Shown here piece by piece: positions 54,154 to 63,242 of a DNA stretch of 64,000 bases. The stretch lies in the sequence record OP599913.1, one strand, 5' to 3'. A program made the position numbers and the translations under genes. Every line of letters begins with the position of its first letter. Position 1 is the first letter of the stretch. A model generated the notes under the pieces. The model saw only the letters and a list, made by a program, of their open reading frames with translations. It was not told the DNA's origin and ran no database searches.

Positions 54154-55455
54154 TTATTTAAGCGCTGTTTCCAAATCCAACAGGTTCGTTTTACTACCTG
54201 CAGTGTGATGGGCCTTCATGCGCTGCAATAAAAATGCAGTAGGAATCAAGACCACTTCGGAGCTGAGACGATGCCCTAAAGCCCCTAGACCTTCCCCACA
54301 ACAGGTCTTACAATAGTAACCGTCCTTTAGGGTACAGAACTGAGGGACTCTGGCCTGCACGGGCTTATTAACGTAACGATCCAGGTTTTCAGCGGTGAGC
54401 TGTACCAGGACTTTCCCATCCTGGATCCACGTTCCTACCCAGTACCCTTTATTGGTTGGCAGGATCGTAACAGTTTCTGTCACCGGGGTACCGCAATCCA
54501 CGATATCCTCGTTAACGGCCGTGCGGCCTATTAGACGCAACGTTTCCTTAACCCTAGCCCCACCTTCACCGGTGGACATAGAACGGCTGTAAGAGCCCTC
54601 TACGGCCGTATTAATGTAGTCCGCCAAGAAGTTCGGATCCCAGCCCTCTGCCAGGGAGTTAGGGAGTAGTACCCAGCCGTCTCCTGAAGCATTGGGTTCA
54701 ATACCGAAGGAAATGAACATCCGTTTACGCGAGTTGTCAATAAACTTCTTTGCAATAAAGAACTTGCGGCTAGGACCAGACATCACGATCTTCATGTCCA
54801 GCGCCACACACTGATCAATAATCGAGGTGGCAACAACCGGATCATTGAGTTCGTCTTTATGCTCTTTAAAGAGACGATCCCTGAGTTTAATGACTTCAGG
54901 ACTCACCGTTAGGGCGTCTACACCACCCGGTTTAATGAAGTGAGACCCTAACCCTTCCAGGAACTGGCAGTTATGGGAGAACTTCAAACACTGGTCTACA
55001 CTGGCTTTCCCTTCAGGTACCGCTTCCCCCGGTGGGGGATTATCCACCATGAGAGTACTCAAGATCTTCAAGATAACGGGTTTAGTGAACTCCCGGTTAA
55101 GGTAGGGTTGGGTCTTCCCGAAGCATTCCCAGAAGAGAATAACGTTGAAGAGTAAGAGTCCAAAGGTAGTCGTGACCGCTTTACCTTGCAACACGGGATG
55201 GAAGTCTCCCGGGAGTTCCAGGATTTCATCCATGTAGAACAGGGGTTCATTCACCTCCCCATTCACGGTATGGGTAGAACCCTCTACCACGACATTGAAC
55301 CGATTATCTCCCACAAAGACAGCATAGGGGTATTTCTTGAACTGTCCAGAGGAGTCTTCGTCTTCAAACTGGATCGTGATAATCGATTGAATAGCCGCCT
55401 TTTCGTTATAGGCTCGGTTATTCAGGAAGAGTTTAAGGTAGTCGAGTTTAGTCAT
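54154..55455 (-). CDS. Virion RNA polymerase beta'-like middle subunit (phiKZ gp80-like)
   Basis: Bridge-helix-like EGSYSRSMSTGEGGARVKE, then DCGT and ARVPQFC...YCKTCCG Zn site. Confidence 0.85.
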   Translation of the reverse strand: MTKLDYLKLFLNNRAYNEKAAIQSIITIQFEDEDSSGQFKKYPYAVFVGDNRFNVVVEGSTHTVNGEVNEPLFYMDEILELPGDFHPVLQGKAVTTTFGLLLFNVILFWECFGKTQPYLNREFTKPVILKILSTLMVDNPPPGEAVPEGKASVDQCLKFSHNCQFLEGLGSHFIKPGGVDALTVSPEVIKLRDRLFKEHKDELNDPVVATSIIDQCVALDMKIVMSGPSRKFFIAKKFIDNSRKRMFISFGIEPNASGDGWVLLPNSLAEGWDPNFLADYINTAVEGSYSRSMSTGEGGARVKETLRLIGRTAVNEDIVDCGTPVTETVTILPTNKGYWVGTWIQDGKVLVQLTAENLDRYVNKPVQARVPQFCTLKDGYYCKTCCGEGLGALGHRLSSEVVLIPTAFLLQRMKAHHTAGSKTNLLDLETALK

Positions 55456-56351
55456 GGGAGTTCCACTCGCTGAATAAGGTCTTCAATACGGGTCAATGTC
55501 AGAGGGTCTTCAATGACCGAATAGAGGTATTGGGTCATCTTATCCTTAAGCCATTCGTTATTGATTTCAGACACCAGGAAGAACCCAATGACCTCCTTGG
55601 CATACTGAAGGGTGCTGTCTTCCGTTTGTTGGGCCAGGAGAACCTCCAGGTTACGGCTGTAGAAGCTCAGGAAGCTCTTTACACTCCCTCCCAGTTGCCC
55701 GTTCTTCTTAACGTGCTCAAAAGCCAGAGTTCCTTCAATAAGGGTTGCATTCGCACGAATACGCTGTTCAATAGGGGTAGGAACGTTCTCAATCTCCTCG
55801 GGGTTAAAGAGAGCGTCCTTAATGGCTTTAAGGGTGACTTCAGAAACATCCTCAATAAAGGTTTCGTATTCTGACAGGTCGAGGTCTTCACCCAGGTAGA
55901 GTTGCATCACCAGGAACAGTCGGTTCACAGGGGGGATGTCATACGCCTCCAAGACGTGTTTAAGACCAATCAGGTCTTCATACTCCTGCAACTCCATAAA
56001 GAACGACAACAACCGAGTTAAAGCAGGGAGGTTGTCTTCACCCAGGAAATCATGATTGAAAACGAACCCTAGCTGTTCCAGCACATCGATTATATTGGTC
56101 GTTAGGATCAAATACACCTGATGCTTCTTAGCCGGGATATCCAAGGCTTCATTAATCAACAGATCAGTCAGTTGACTGGGCATCAAGGACTCAGGTTGAC
56201 TGAGCATAATTAAATTAAACGATTCGTCCAATTCTTTAGCCTGATTGGCGGGTATGGCGTTCCGGAGTTCTGACCAGAGACCCCCTACCAGGGTGTCAGC
56301 CAGGTACACGCCCTCTTCCAGGGTAACAGATTCTTCATGCTCAATAATCAT
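55452..56351 (-). CDS. Conserved hypothetical (probably late/virion) protein
   Basis: Start refined to MIIEHEES. Coupled to the vRNAP gene and preceded by a late-like motif. Confidence 0.7.
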   Translation of the reverse strand: MIIEHEESVTLEEGVYLADTLVGGLWSELRNAIPANQAKELDESFNLIMLSQPESLMPSQLTDLLINEALDIPAKKHQVYLILTTNIIDVLEQLGFVFNHDFLGEDNLPALTRLLSFFMELQEYEDLIGLKHVLEAYDIPPVNRLFLVMQLYLGEDLDLSEYETFIEDVSEVTLKAIKDALFNPEEIENVPTPIEQRIRANATLIEGTLAFEHVKKNGQLGGSVKSFLSFYSRNLEVLLAQQTEDSTLQYAKEVIGFFLVSEINNEWLKDKMTQYLYSVIEDPLTLTRIEDLIQRVELP

Positions 56352-56382
56352 TGGGTTAACTCTCGTAAAGTGCGTTTCCAAA

Positions 56383-56396
56383 GGGAATCATAGCAT
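56383..56396 (-). promoter_or_regulatory. Putative late promoter ATGCTATGATTCCC
   Basis: Near-identical to 18245-18258. Confidence 0.5.
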
Positions 56397-57266
56397 ATGT
56401 CGACTAAACAGCAACAGCGTCGGGTTAAGAAACTCAATAAGCGCAAGCAAGTGAGTAAGCAAAAACAACGGGCTAAGAACATCCAGGACGCTTACCTCCG
56501 GCAGGACTTTGGTAAAGGCTACCAGGGGGAGGCCCTGAGTAAAGATGCCTTGTACGATAAGGTCAGGGGTGAAAACAAAGCCTTCTCGGTGCGCGACCTT
56601 ATTAACAACCGTCAACGTCTGGCGGAGTTGGCTGAACAGATGAAACTGACGGGTGATGAGGACATCCCTCAGCTCTTCAGTGGGGAAGAACTCCTCAATG
56701 CCATCAACGACATGATTACCGTCACCATTAAGCTCCACAGTGGGGTGATCGTGTACAACCGTCTGGTTGAAGAACACCGCTTCGATATCAGTGAGGACGA
56801 CCGTACCTTACTGGAGAACTACGAACGCAAAGTGGTAGAGTTTGCGGAAGATGTCTCAGTCGTCACGACCCTGCATGAAGCGGGTCAACAACCCGAGGAT
56901 TACTTTGAAGTCGTCCTTAACCTGGCTGATGTCATGGCAGCCCTCAGTGAGGAGTTTGGGGAACCGGTTCTGGCCATCATTACCCAACAGGGTGATCTGA
57001 TCGAAGCCTATGCCGTTGAACACAAACCTGAAGGCCTGTCTGTCTACGATTACATGTGTCAACTTCACAGTGAACGTATTACGGTTATCCAACAGCTGTA
57101 CGGTGAGAGCCGGCTGAATGACGTCTTTAACGAATTGCACACCCTGGAGCAGGAACTCCCAGATTCCCCTGAAGAGATCCCGGGTGATAACCTCCCCTTC
57201 CCTGAGAAGGAAGAGGTCGGTGAATTCATCGCTATTTCCAACGATCCTGTCATTAACCCCCAGTAA
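56397..57266 (+). CDS. Hypothetical protein with basic N-terminus and acidic C-terminus
   Basis: 289 aa; N-terminal KQQQRRVKKLNKRKQ. Confidence 0.75.
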   Translation: MSTKQQQRRVKKLNKRKQVSKQKQRAKNIQDAYLRQDFGKGYQGEALSKDALYDKVRGENKAFSVRDLINNRQRLAELAEQMKLTGDEDIPQLFSGEELLNAINDMITVTIKLHSGVIVYNRLVEEHRFDISEDDRTLLENYERKVVEFAEDVSVVTTLHEAGQQPEDYFEVVLNLADVMAALSEEFGEPVLAIITQQGDLIEAYAVEHKPEGLSVYDYMCQLHSERITVIQQLYGESRLNDVFNELHTLEQELPDSPEEIPGDNLPFPEKEEVGEFIAISNDPVINPQ

Positions 57267-57278
57267 GGGACTGTTTGT

Positions 57279-59003
57279 ATGTCTGAGAATGTAACCCCGA
57301 ACGAAAACCCTGAACTGACTCCCCCTTCGGAGTTGAGCAAAGCCGTTGAACAAACGATTCCCAAAACGGAGCCTTCCAGCCACTTTGGCTTCATGGATAC
57401 CCACACGCCTCAGAATACACCCATGAAGGAGGTGGTGGAACCGCTCAACCCCATTACCAAAGAACTGGTTGAAGACGATCGAGCTAAGGGGTTCACCAGT
57501 ATCTTCCTGGGGGTTGGTAAAGAAGAGAATGAGAAAGCAGCTGAACTGATTACCAACTGGAGTGCGTGGAACACGTTCAAAGAATTGAATAAGGTAGGGG
57601 AGGTTTCCCCAACAGTCTTTGCATCGGCTAAGCAAGACTGGGATGCCTTTGTTCAAGAGAACTACCCGGATGTGAATCCCAATGAGTTGGAGAAGACCGC
57701 TAGTGATCTGTTCAAGTTCATGAACAGTCTTCAGGAGAACCTCCAACTTCGTACCCGCATGGTGCGGGAAGAGAATATTACCAACGCCTCGCGCCGGTGT
57801 GATAAACTCACCACGACCGATATCGTGGGTAAGACCCCGTCAGTGAATAAGAAAGGGTTGAGTATTGCAGATCGCATGATTCGGTCGACCATTCGTTCGT
57901 CGGGGGGTGTATACCAGTATAACCAACTGCTGCGTAATTCGTTCCTGAGTATTACGTGGGAGCGTCCTCAGAAGCTGGAAGTCGCCGATCTCATCAACAA
58001 CATTAACCGCCGTATTCGGGGGTATGTACGACGGGTCGGTGGGAACGCCATGGCGTTGTCTTACATTGCGGGGTATATTGAGATCTGGGATTGGTTGAAG
58101 CCCCGTTTGGTCAGCAGCAGTGTCAAAGGCCTGGCGGATTTCGATGACCTCAGCAAGGTGATCCGTATTACGGACATGCCGGTGATCTGTGCAGGTCTCT
58201 TGGCGTCGATCACGGATGACGGGGTCCAAATGGACCTCCGCTGCATGAACCCCAGCTGTGACTGGTATCAGTTCGATCTCATCGATCCGACTAAGTTGGT
58301 GCAGCGCCGTCCGTCGATTGAAACCGATGAAGAAGCCGCTTTCTTTGGTAATATCTTCAGTGGGCGTGAACAACACACCGTTGATGAAATCCTCAAGATG
58401 ATCGAACAGTCCACCTACGGGATGGACAATCGGTACGTGTACAACGAGGATCAATCCATTCGTCTGAAAGTAGGACCTCCCAGTCTGTCGGATGCCTTCG
58501 CTACCTTCGACTATTTCGTAGGGCGGGTGGATAAGCAGTTGGCGGATATTAGCAACAAGGTCAACACGGAACAAGACCTGGAAGAGCAACATCTCCTTCT
58601 GCTTAACAGCTTGAGTGGAGCGGAGTACATGCACTGGGTGGAAGAGTTCGCTATTATGCCACCTCCGGGCGAAGACAGCGAACCCCAGGTCATTAAACGA
58701 GCCAAGGAAGACCCTAACGAGTTCAATAAAGGTCTTATGGACTCCCTGCTGACCGATGAGGTGATGAATAAGAACTTGGTGTTGTTCGTCTACAATAAGG
58801 CGCCTTATCTGACCCGGACCTTTATTGGTGTCCGTAACTTCGTGTGTCCGAAGTGCGGTACGGAGTCGGATGCTCACCAAGAAGATCGTAAACTCGGGTA
58901 TACCCCGATCGATGCCTTTATGAGTTTTTTTATCCATTCCCAGCTGATGTTGATGAATCTGGCGATGGAGCGTCAAAAGGTAAACAACGAAGCCCTCTCC
59001 TGA
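57279..59003 (+). CDS. Putative tail/baseplate assembly chaperone with Zn-finger motifs (short, unshifted form)
   Basis: 574 aa with CMNPSC and CPKCG motifs and a slippery T TTT TTT near the 3' end. Confidence 0.6.
   Translation: MSENVTPNENPELTPPSELSKAVEQTIPKTEPSSHFGFMDTHTPQNTPMKEVVEPLNPITKELVEDDRAKGFTSIFLGVGKEENEKAAELITNWSAWNTFKELNKVGEVSPTVFASAKQDWDAFVQENYPDVNPNELEKTASDLFKFMNSLQENLQLRTRMVREENITNASRRCDKLTTTDIVGKTPSVNKKGLSIADRMIRSTIRSSGGVYQYNQLLRNSFLSITWERPQKLEVADLINNINRRIRGYVRRVGGNAMALSYIAGYIEIWDWLKPRLVSSSVKGLADFDDLSKVIRITDMPVICAGLLASITDDGVQMDLRCMNPSCDWYQFDLIDPTKLVQRRPSIETDEEAAFFGNIFSGREQHTVDEILKMIEQSTYGMDNRYVYNEDQSIRLKVGPPSLSDAFATFDYFVGRVDKQLADISNKVNTEQDLEEQHLLLLNSLSGAEYMHWVEEFAIMPPPGEDSEPQVIKRAKEDPNEFNKGLMDSLLTDEVMNKNLVLFVYNKAPYLTRTFIGVRNFVCPKCGTESDAHQEDRKLGYTPIDAFMSFFIHSQLMLMNLAMERQKVNNEALS
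58925..58931 (+). other. Putative programmed -1 frameshift site (T TTT TTT)
   Basis: In-frame heptamer (agT TTT TTT atc). The -1 frame is stop-free from 58892 through ORF 59099..59473. Confidence 0.6.
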
Positions 59004-59098
59004 TTGGCGGTAAAGCGATTCACAATCCGGAGTTCTCGGCGGTTTACTTAAACCTCCAGAAGCAAGATCTCAGTGGTCTCAAGGAAGAGACTATCCTG

Positions 59099-59473
59099 TT
59101 GAACAACCAAGCGTTGCATGACATCAACATGGGATATGTCTCACCCCGTAATCTCCCCCCTCACCAATCGATTAAGTTCTTTCCGTCTGAAGTCAGGTAT
59201 TACCACCCCTTCTCGTATGAGAGCATAGGAGAGTATTACGGGACTTTTCGGCTGGATGAATACCTGCCCTTAAGGGATTACTTGGAATTGCCCGCTAACT
59301 GTGCAGACACGTTGATTAAGGCCGTTCAAAAGGGACGGGAAAAACGGTTGGTAATGGAGAAAGAGCATCTGAAGGAAGAGGAAGAGAAACAGGCGAAGAA
59401 TGGGGGTAAACGAACCGCCTCGGAGTCGGTTTCTATGGATGCATTACTGGATCAATTGTCTAAACTTCGTTAA
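59099..59473 (+). CDS. Hypothetical protein, or the C-terminal extension of the frameshift product
   Basis: TTG start only. The frame is open 69 codons further upstream with no ATG/GTG. DYLELP motif. Confidence 0.7.
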   Translation: MNNQALHDINMGYVSPRNLPPHQSIKFFPSEVRYYHPFSYESIGEYYGTFRLDEYLPLRDYLELPANCADTLIKAVQKGREKRLVMEKEHLKEEEEKQAKNGGKRTASESVSMDALLDQLSKLR

Positions 59474-59480
59474 GAGAATA

Positions 59481-59513
59481 GGTAACCTGGGGGCTTAGAG
59501 CCCCCAGGTTATC
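59481..59513 (+). terminator. Terminator hairpin
   Basis: ggtaacctgggggc / gcccccaggttatc stem. Confidence 0.65.
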
Positions 59514-59575
59514 TTATGACATACATGGTGACACCTCGTCTCTATACCACTGTCCAACTGAAAAGGGCCCTCCTA

Positions 59576-60184
59576 ATGTCCAACGATTACAAAGCACCTG
59601 AGGTCGATGACCTCGGTAAGAAAGAAGAAAGTCCGAAGACCCAACCTACGCCTTCCATCCCCAATACGGTGGCTAAGGCCCAGGGTGCTAAATTCGAACC
59701 CGTACCTCTCCGTATTGGCATTGGCCAAATGGTCAATGGCAAAGGTAATGCGGTCACGGATATCATGAAAGAACGGATTGACCGTCACCTGACCTACCTG
59801 GCCGGTAAGAAAGGCTTCACCAGTGATAGTGAACGGGAGGATGAACAAACCTCCTTTATCGAGATCATTGGTTCTACGCTGACCCTTCCGTTTCCCCAGT
59901 ACGTCATCGTTACTGACTACCTGTTGACGGTTATCCGGGAGAACCGGGAAATCTTTGCCAACGGTACGGCATTCCGCTTTACCTACAAACTCCGTAAGGA
60001 GTACCCGATGGAGAACGTTAAACTCTATCACACCTACATGACCTTCCTGACGTTCATCGCGGGTAACTGGGAAGCTCGTCATCGTCTTAACCGCATCATT
60101 GATCTGGGAACGGCTATCCGTGATCTTCCTCGTAAGGGCAAAGAGAACGTCACCCAGTACTTCAATAAGCTGCAAAACGTTTAA
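59576..60184 (+). CDS. Conserved hypothetical protein
   Basis: Start refined to MSNDYKAPE (AAGGG SD), preceded by a CTATACCAC motif. Confidence 0.75.
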   Translation: MSNDYKAPEVDDLGKKEESPKTQPTPSIPNTVAKAQGAKFEPVPLRIGIGQMVNGKGNAVTDIMKERIDRHLTYLAGKKGFTSDSEREDEQTSFIEIIGSTLTLPFPQYVIVTDYLLTVIRENREIFANGTAFRFTYKLRKEYPMENVKLYHTYMTFLTFIAGNWEARHRLNRIIDLGTAIRDLPRKGKENVTQYFNKLQNV

Positions 60185-60219
60185 TTTCCCTTAGACTCTT
60201 TATCCAAGGAATGCTTCCA

Positions 60220-61296
60220 ATGGACAGTGTTGTACTTACCGAAGAAGATGGTAACGGTTATGAAATCCCGGATCTCCCTCACATCGGGATTGTGTATGAT
60301 GCGCTCAACGATACCCTGGATCAAGTGGATCGGGGCGTTGCAGGCACGGAAAGCCTGACTGCCTCCCAACAGTACCTGGTAGGCGTACTCGTCGCGAACC
60401 GACCCGGTTACTCGGTGGCCGGTAACGAAGGCTTTATGGCCAATATCGGCGCAGGCCTTAAAGCCGCGTATGAGTACGTGGTGAAGATGTTCAAGAGCCT
60501 CTGGGACTTCTTCTTTAAGCGTGATGTCTCTCAGAAGACCTCGGATGCTAAGAAGGAGATTGATGATCTCCAGACAAAACTGGAGGTGGTTCAGACCGGG
60601 GGTAAGACGGAAGCGGAAACCCAGGAAGCCCTGCACTCCATGAAGGCCCAGGTTAAGGAACAGGCCCAATCTGGCTTTAAGATCGACGGGGTAGACGCAG
60701 AAGAATGGGTGGAGAAACAGGCGAAGACTTCTGCTACCCACGAAGAGAAGAAAGCCGCGGTTAAGACCCTGGCTCGAGAGCTTCCCAAGGTCAACACTCG
60801 GGGTAAGAAACGCCTCCAAGGTGTCATTGAGCGGATGATCAAAACCCAGCAATATTTGGTCAGTGTGATTGATATTGCTGAAAAAGAAGCCCGAGAAACC
60901 CTGAATGAAAACCTGATGCGGGTAACGGACTCCATGAAACTCCTCCGCACCAATGTTCATCAGTCTACCGAGCAGCTGAGTCGAGTGAAAGACGTCAAAG
61001 ACCTGACGGCTGTACACAACGTCATGAACGGTGTTATTAAAGAGATCGATACCTTTAAGAATGCTGCTCAGGCCGTGCAGAGTGTTCGCGGCAAAATGGC
61101 TGACAAGATTAAGATCGTTGAACAGCAATTGGCCGAGGTGGCTAAAGGTGGAGGTGACACCAAAGCGACTCAAGCAGCGCTGGATGAACTCCGCAAGATC
61201 ATGAACTTCCTGGTTAAATGTGGTAAATGCATTACCAACATCATTGAAGACAGTGTGAAGCTCCAGAAAGCCTTTAATGGTGTCTTCGGGCTGTAA
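60220..61296 (+). CDS. Putative internal head (virion) protein, coiled-coil
   Basis: Acidic propeptide-like N-terminus with AGTE|S and AGNE|GF motifs matching phiKZ-type prohead protease (A/S/G-x-E) sites. Confidence 0.65.
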   Translation: MDSVVLTEEDGNGYEIPDLPHIGIVYDALNDTLDQVDRGVAGTESLTASQQYLVGVLVANRPGYSVAGNEGFMANIGAGLKAAYEYVVKMFKSLWDFFFKRDVSQKTSDAKKEIDDLQTKLEVVQTGGKTEAETQEALHSMKAQVKEQAQSGFKIDGVDAEEWVEKQAKTSATHEEKKAAVKTLARELPKVNTRGKKRLQGVIERMIKTQQYLVSVIDIAEKEARETLNENLMRVTDSMKLLRTNVHQSTEQLSRVKDVKDLTAVHNVMNGVIKEIDTFKNAAQAVQSVRGKMADKIKIVEQQLAEVAKGGGDTKATQAALDELRKIMNFLVKCGKCITNIIEDSVKLQKAFNGVFGL

Positions 61297-61306
61297 CCCT
61301 GGTTAC

Positions 61307-61348
61307 CCTTACTACCCCTCTCCCCGTGAAGGGAGAGGGGTAGTAAGG
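61307..61348. terminator. Terminator between convergent genes
   Basis: ccttactacccctctccc / gggagaggggtagtaagg 18-bp stem. Confidence 0.8.
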
Positions 61349-61352
61349 TCTA

Positions 61353-63158
61353 TTATGCGGTGTCTCGCACAGGTTCTTCCGTATCGATGTTAATACGAGA
61401 TTTACGGTTACGAGCGTTCGCTTGCATTTCCTTAAGCAGTTCCTCTCGACCTGTTTCCACCATTAACCGTTCAAACTCATCCTTCAATTGATCTAATTGA
61501 GGGAATCTAAACAAATCGTGGCATAATCCAATAGCGTTCGCTTCTGCACTGCTCGCAAAGTTCACCCCAATCTGCCTGAACTTATTGCCGTCAGCTCCTT
61601 GAATCCGAAACACTTCCATTTGTGTGGTACGATTCCCGACGTTCAATGCCAAGGTCGCGTGAGGGTACGCGCCTTCAACATCGATATCGGATGAATCTGT
61701 ACGCCCGGTACTATACACATCAGCGAGTCCGTGGAAGAGCGGAGCACCGACATCCGCATTCTTCTCGGTATCGAGTAACGCAATCCAGTTTGACAACGGA
61801 GGCAGTTTATCAATAATGGATTGATCACGTTTACGAGGGGTACTCCCCCACACAAACCCATACCGGCGTGCAAAGAAACTCAAGGTGTCACTGACCAACT
61901 TGGGTTGAGAGACGTAGTTAAAATATTCTGAATACTTCAACAACATAGGAAGTGACAATGACAAGTCATTGGTCTTCTCATTGATCTCTTCAATAACGAA
62001 GTCATCCCCAATGTTGTACATGCAATACAGATACGGCCATTTCCGTTGCATGTAACGGTGCCACTGGGGTGTGCCCGGTCGGATATGAGCACCTTCTTCG
62101 GTATACAGTTTACCCGGTACGTTCACATGCTTCGCTGCTCCTTCTAACGAAACATCAGGAAGTTTACCTTCAGACGGTTGACGCTTAATACAGAAGAACG
62201 ACATCGCGTCTAACCATTGCCAAGTGGCCATAGTTCGCACGGTAGGCCATTTCTCTTGAGGTTCCAACGGCATTTTAGAACCGTCTTCCTTGACTTTGTG
62301 GGTTCTCCCTAAGTCCAGCTTGTAATACCGAAATTCATTAGGAATACTGGGATCGCTGTACACATCCTCCAATCGATACCCTTCATTCCTAAGGGCTTCC
62401 TCATTCTTGGTCATGTCGTATTCAGCATTCCAACTGGCAACCCAGTCCGGTTGCCATTCGTGCATCTTGTTAATACACGCCATCACCACTTGACCTGGGG
62501 TATCAAAGAGTTCGTATTGAACCACACACTGACGCCGTTTAAGGTGTTCACTCAACCACTTGCCTTCAGCGTCTTTAAGGCGTTTAAGAATCGTGGCGTC
62601 ATCCGGTTCTTTAAACCAACTCCGTACGGCTGCAAAATACGCCTTACGCTTCATGGTAACCGACGCCATCATAACGGGGTTACCGGGAGCATCCATGTCG
62701 GTTTCAACGTCGTACGCCGCTACGGTAAAAGGTTCCTTCTCCTGATATTCTCCATACTTCTTAAAGAACTGGTGTTTAATGTGCACCGGAGGGGTTTGGT
62801 CTAAGCCGAAGACATAAGGGCTTTCTTTAGCTTCCTCTAGACTGGCTTTATAATCCGCTCGCCCATAGAGCTGTTTAATCACATTAAAAGCAATCTGTGC
62901 ACGGGGAGCCTTGTACTCCCGACACCAGGATTCTTCGATGTAATCTTTATGCTGTTTGTACTTCCGTTTGTTCTCTTTAACAATGTAGTACGGTTGCTTA
63001 TAATCCTTAATCGAAATAAACGATTGACTTCGACCACCATCTTCATGAATATTGGTGATCTTAACACACGTTAAATCACTGCCCCTGTTGAACCTGCTGA
63101 CCGAGTAATTACTGTGTTTGCAGACTTTAGCGACAATGGGTGAAGTATTCTCGACCAT
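61353..63158 (-). CDS. Family B DNA polymerase, N-terminal half: 3'-5' exonuclease plus motif A (phiKZ gp82-like)
   Basis: ExoI AAYDVETD, ExoII SWNAEYD, ExoIII YNIGDD and motif A DIDVEGAYP. Confidence 0.88.
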   Translation of the reverse strand: MVENTSPIVAKVCKHSNYSVSRFNRGSDLTCVKITNIHEDGGRSQSFISIKDYKQPYYIVKENKRKYKQHKDYIEESWCREYKAPRAQIAFNVIKQLYGRADYKASLEEAKESPYVFGLDQTPPVHIKHQFFKKYGEYQEKEPFTVAAYDVETDMDAPGNPVMMASVTMKRKAYFAAVRSWFKEPDDATILKRLKDAEGKWLSEHLKRRQCVVQYELFDTPGQVVMACINKMHEWQPDWVASWNAEYDMTKNEEALRNEGYRLEDVYSDPSIPNEFRYYKLDLGRTHKVKEDGSKMPLEPQEKWPTVRTMATWQWLDAMSFFCIKRQPSEGKLPDVSLEGAAKHVNVPGKLYTEEGAHIRPGTPQWHRYMQRKWPYLYCMYNIGDDFVIEEINEKTNDLSLSLPMLLKYSEYFNYVSQPKLVSDTLSFFARRYGFVWGSTPRKRDQSIIDKLPPLSNWIALLDTEKNADVGAPLFHGLADVYSTGRTDSSDIDVEGAYPHATLALNVGNRTTQMEVFRIQGADGNKFRQIGVNFASSAEANAIGLCHDLFRFPQLDQLKDEFERLMVETGREELLKEMQANARNRKSRINIDTEEPVRDTA

Positions 63159-63242
63159 TCCTTAACCCTGCATTTTATGATTGCTTTGGAGACTATACCA
63201 ATAGGGGTATAGGTCGGTATTTACCGTAGGAGTAACCCGTTA

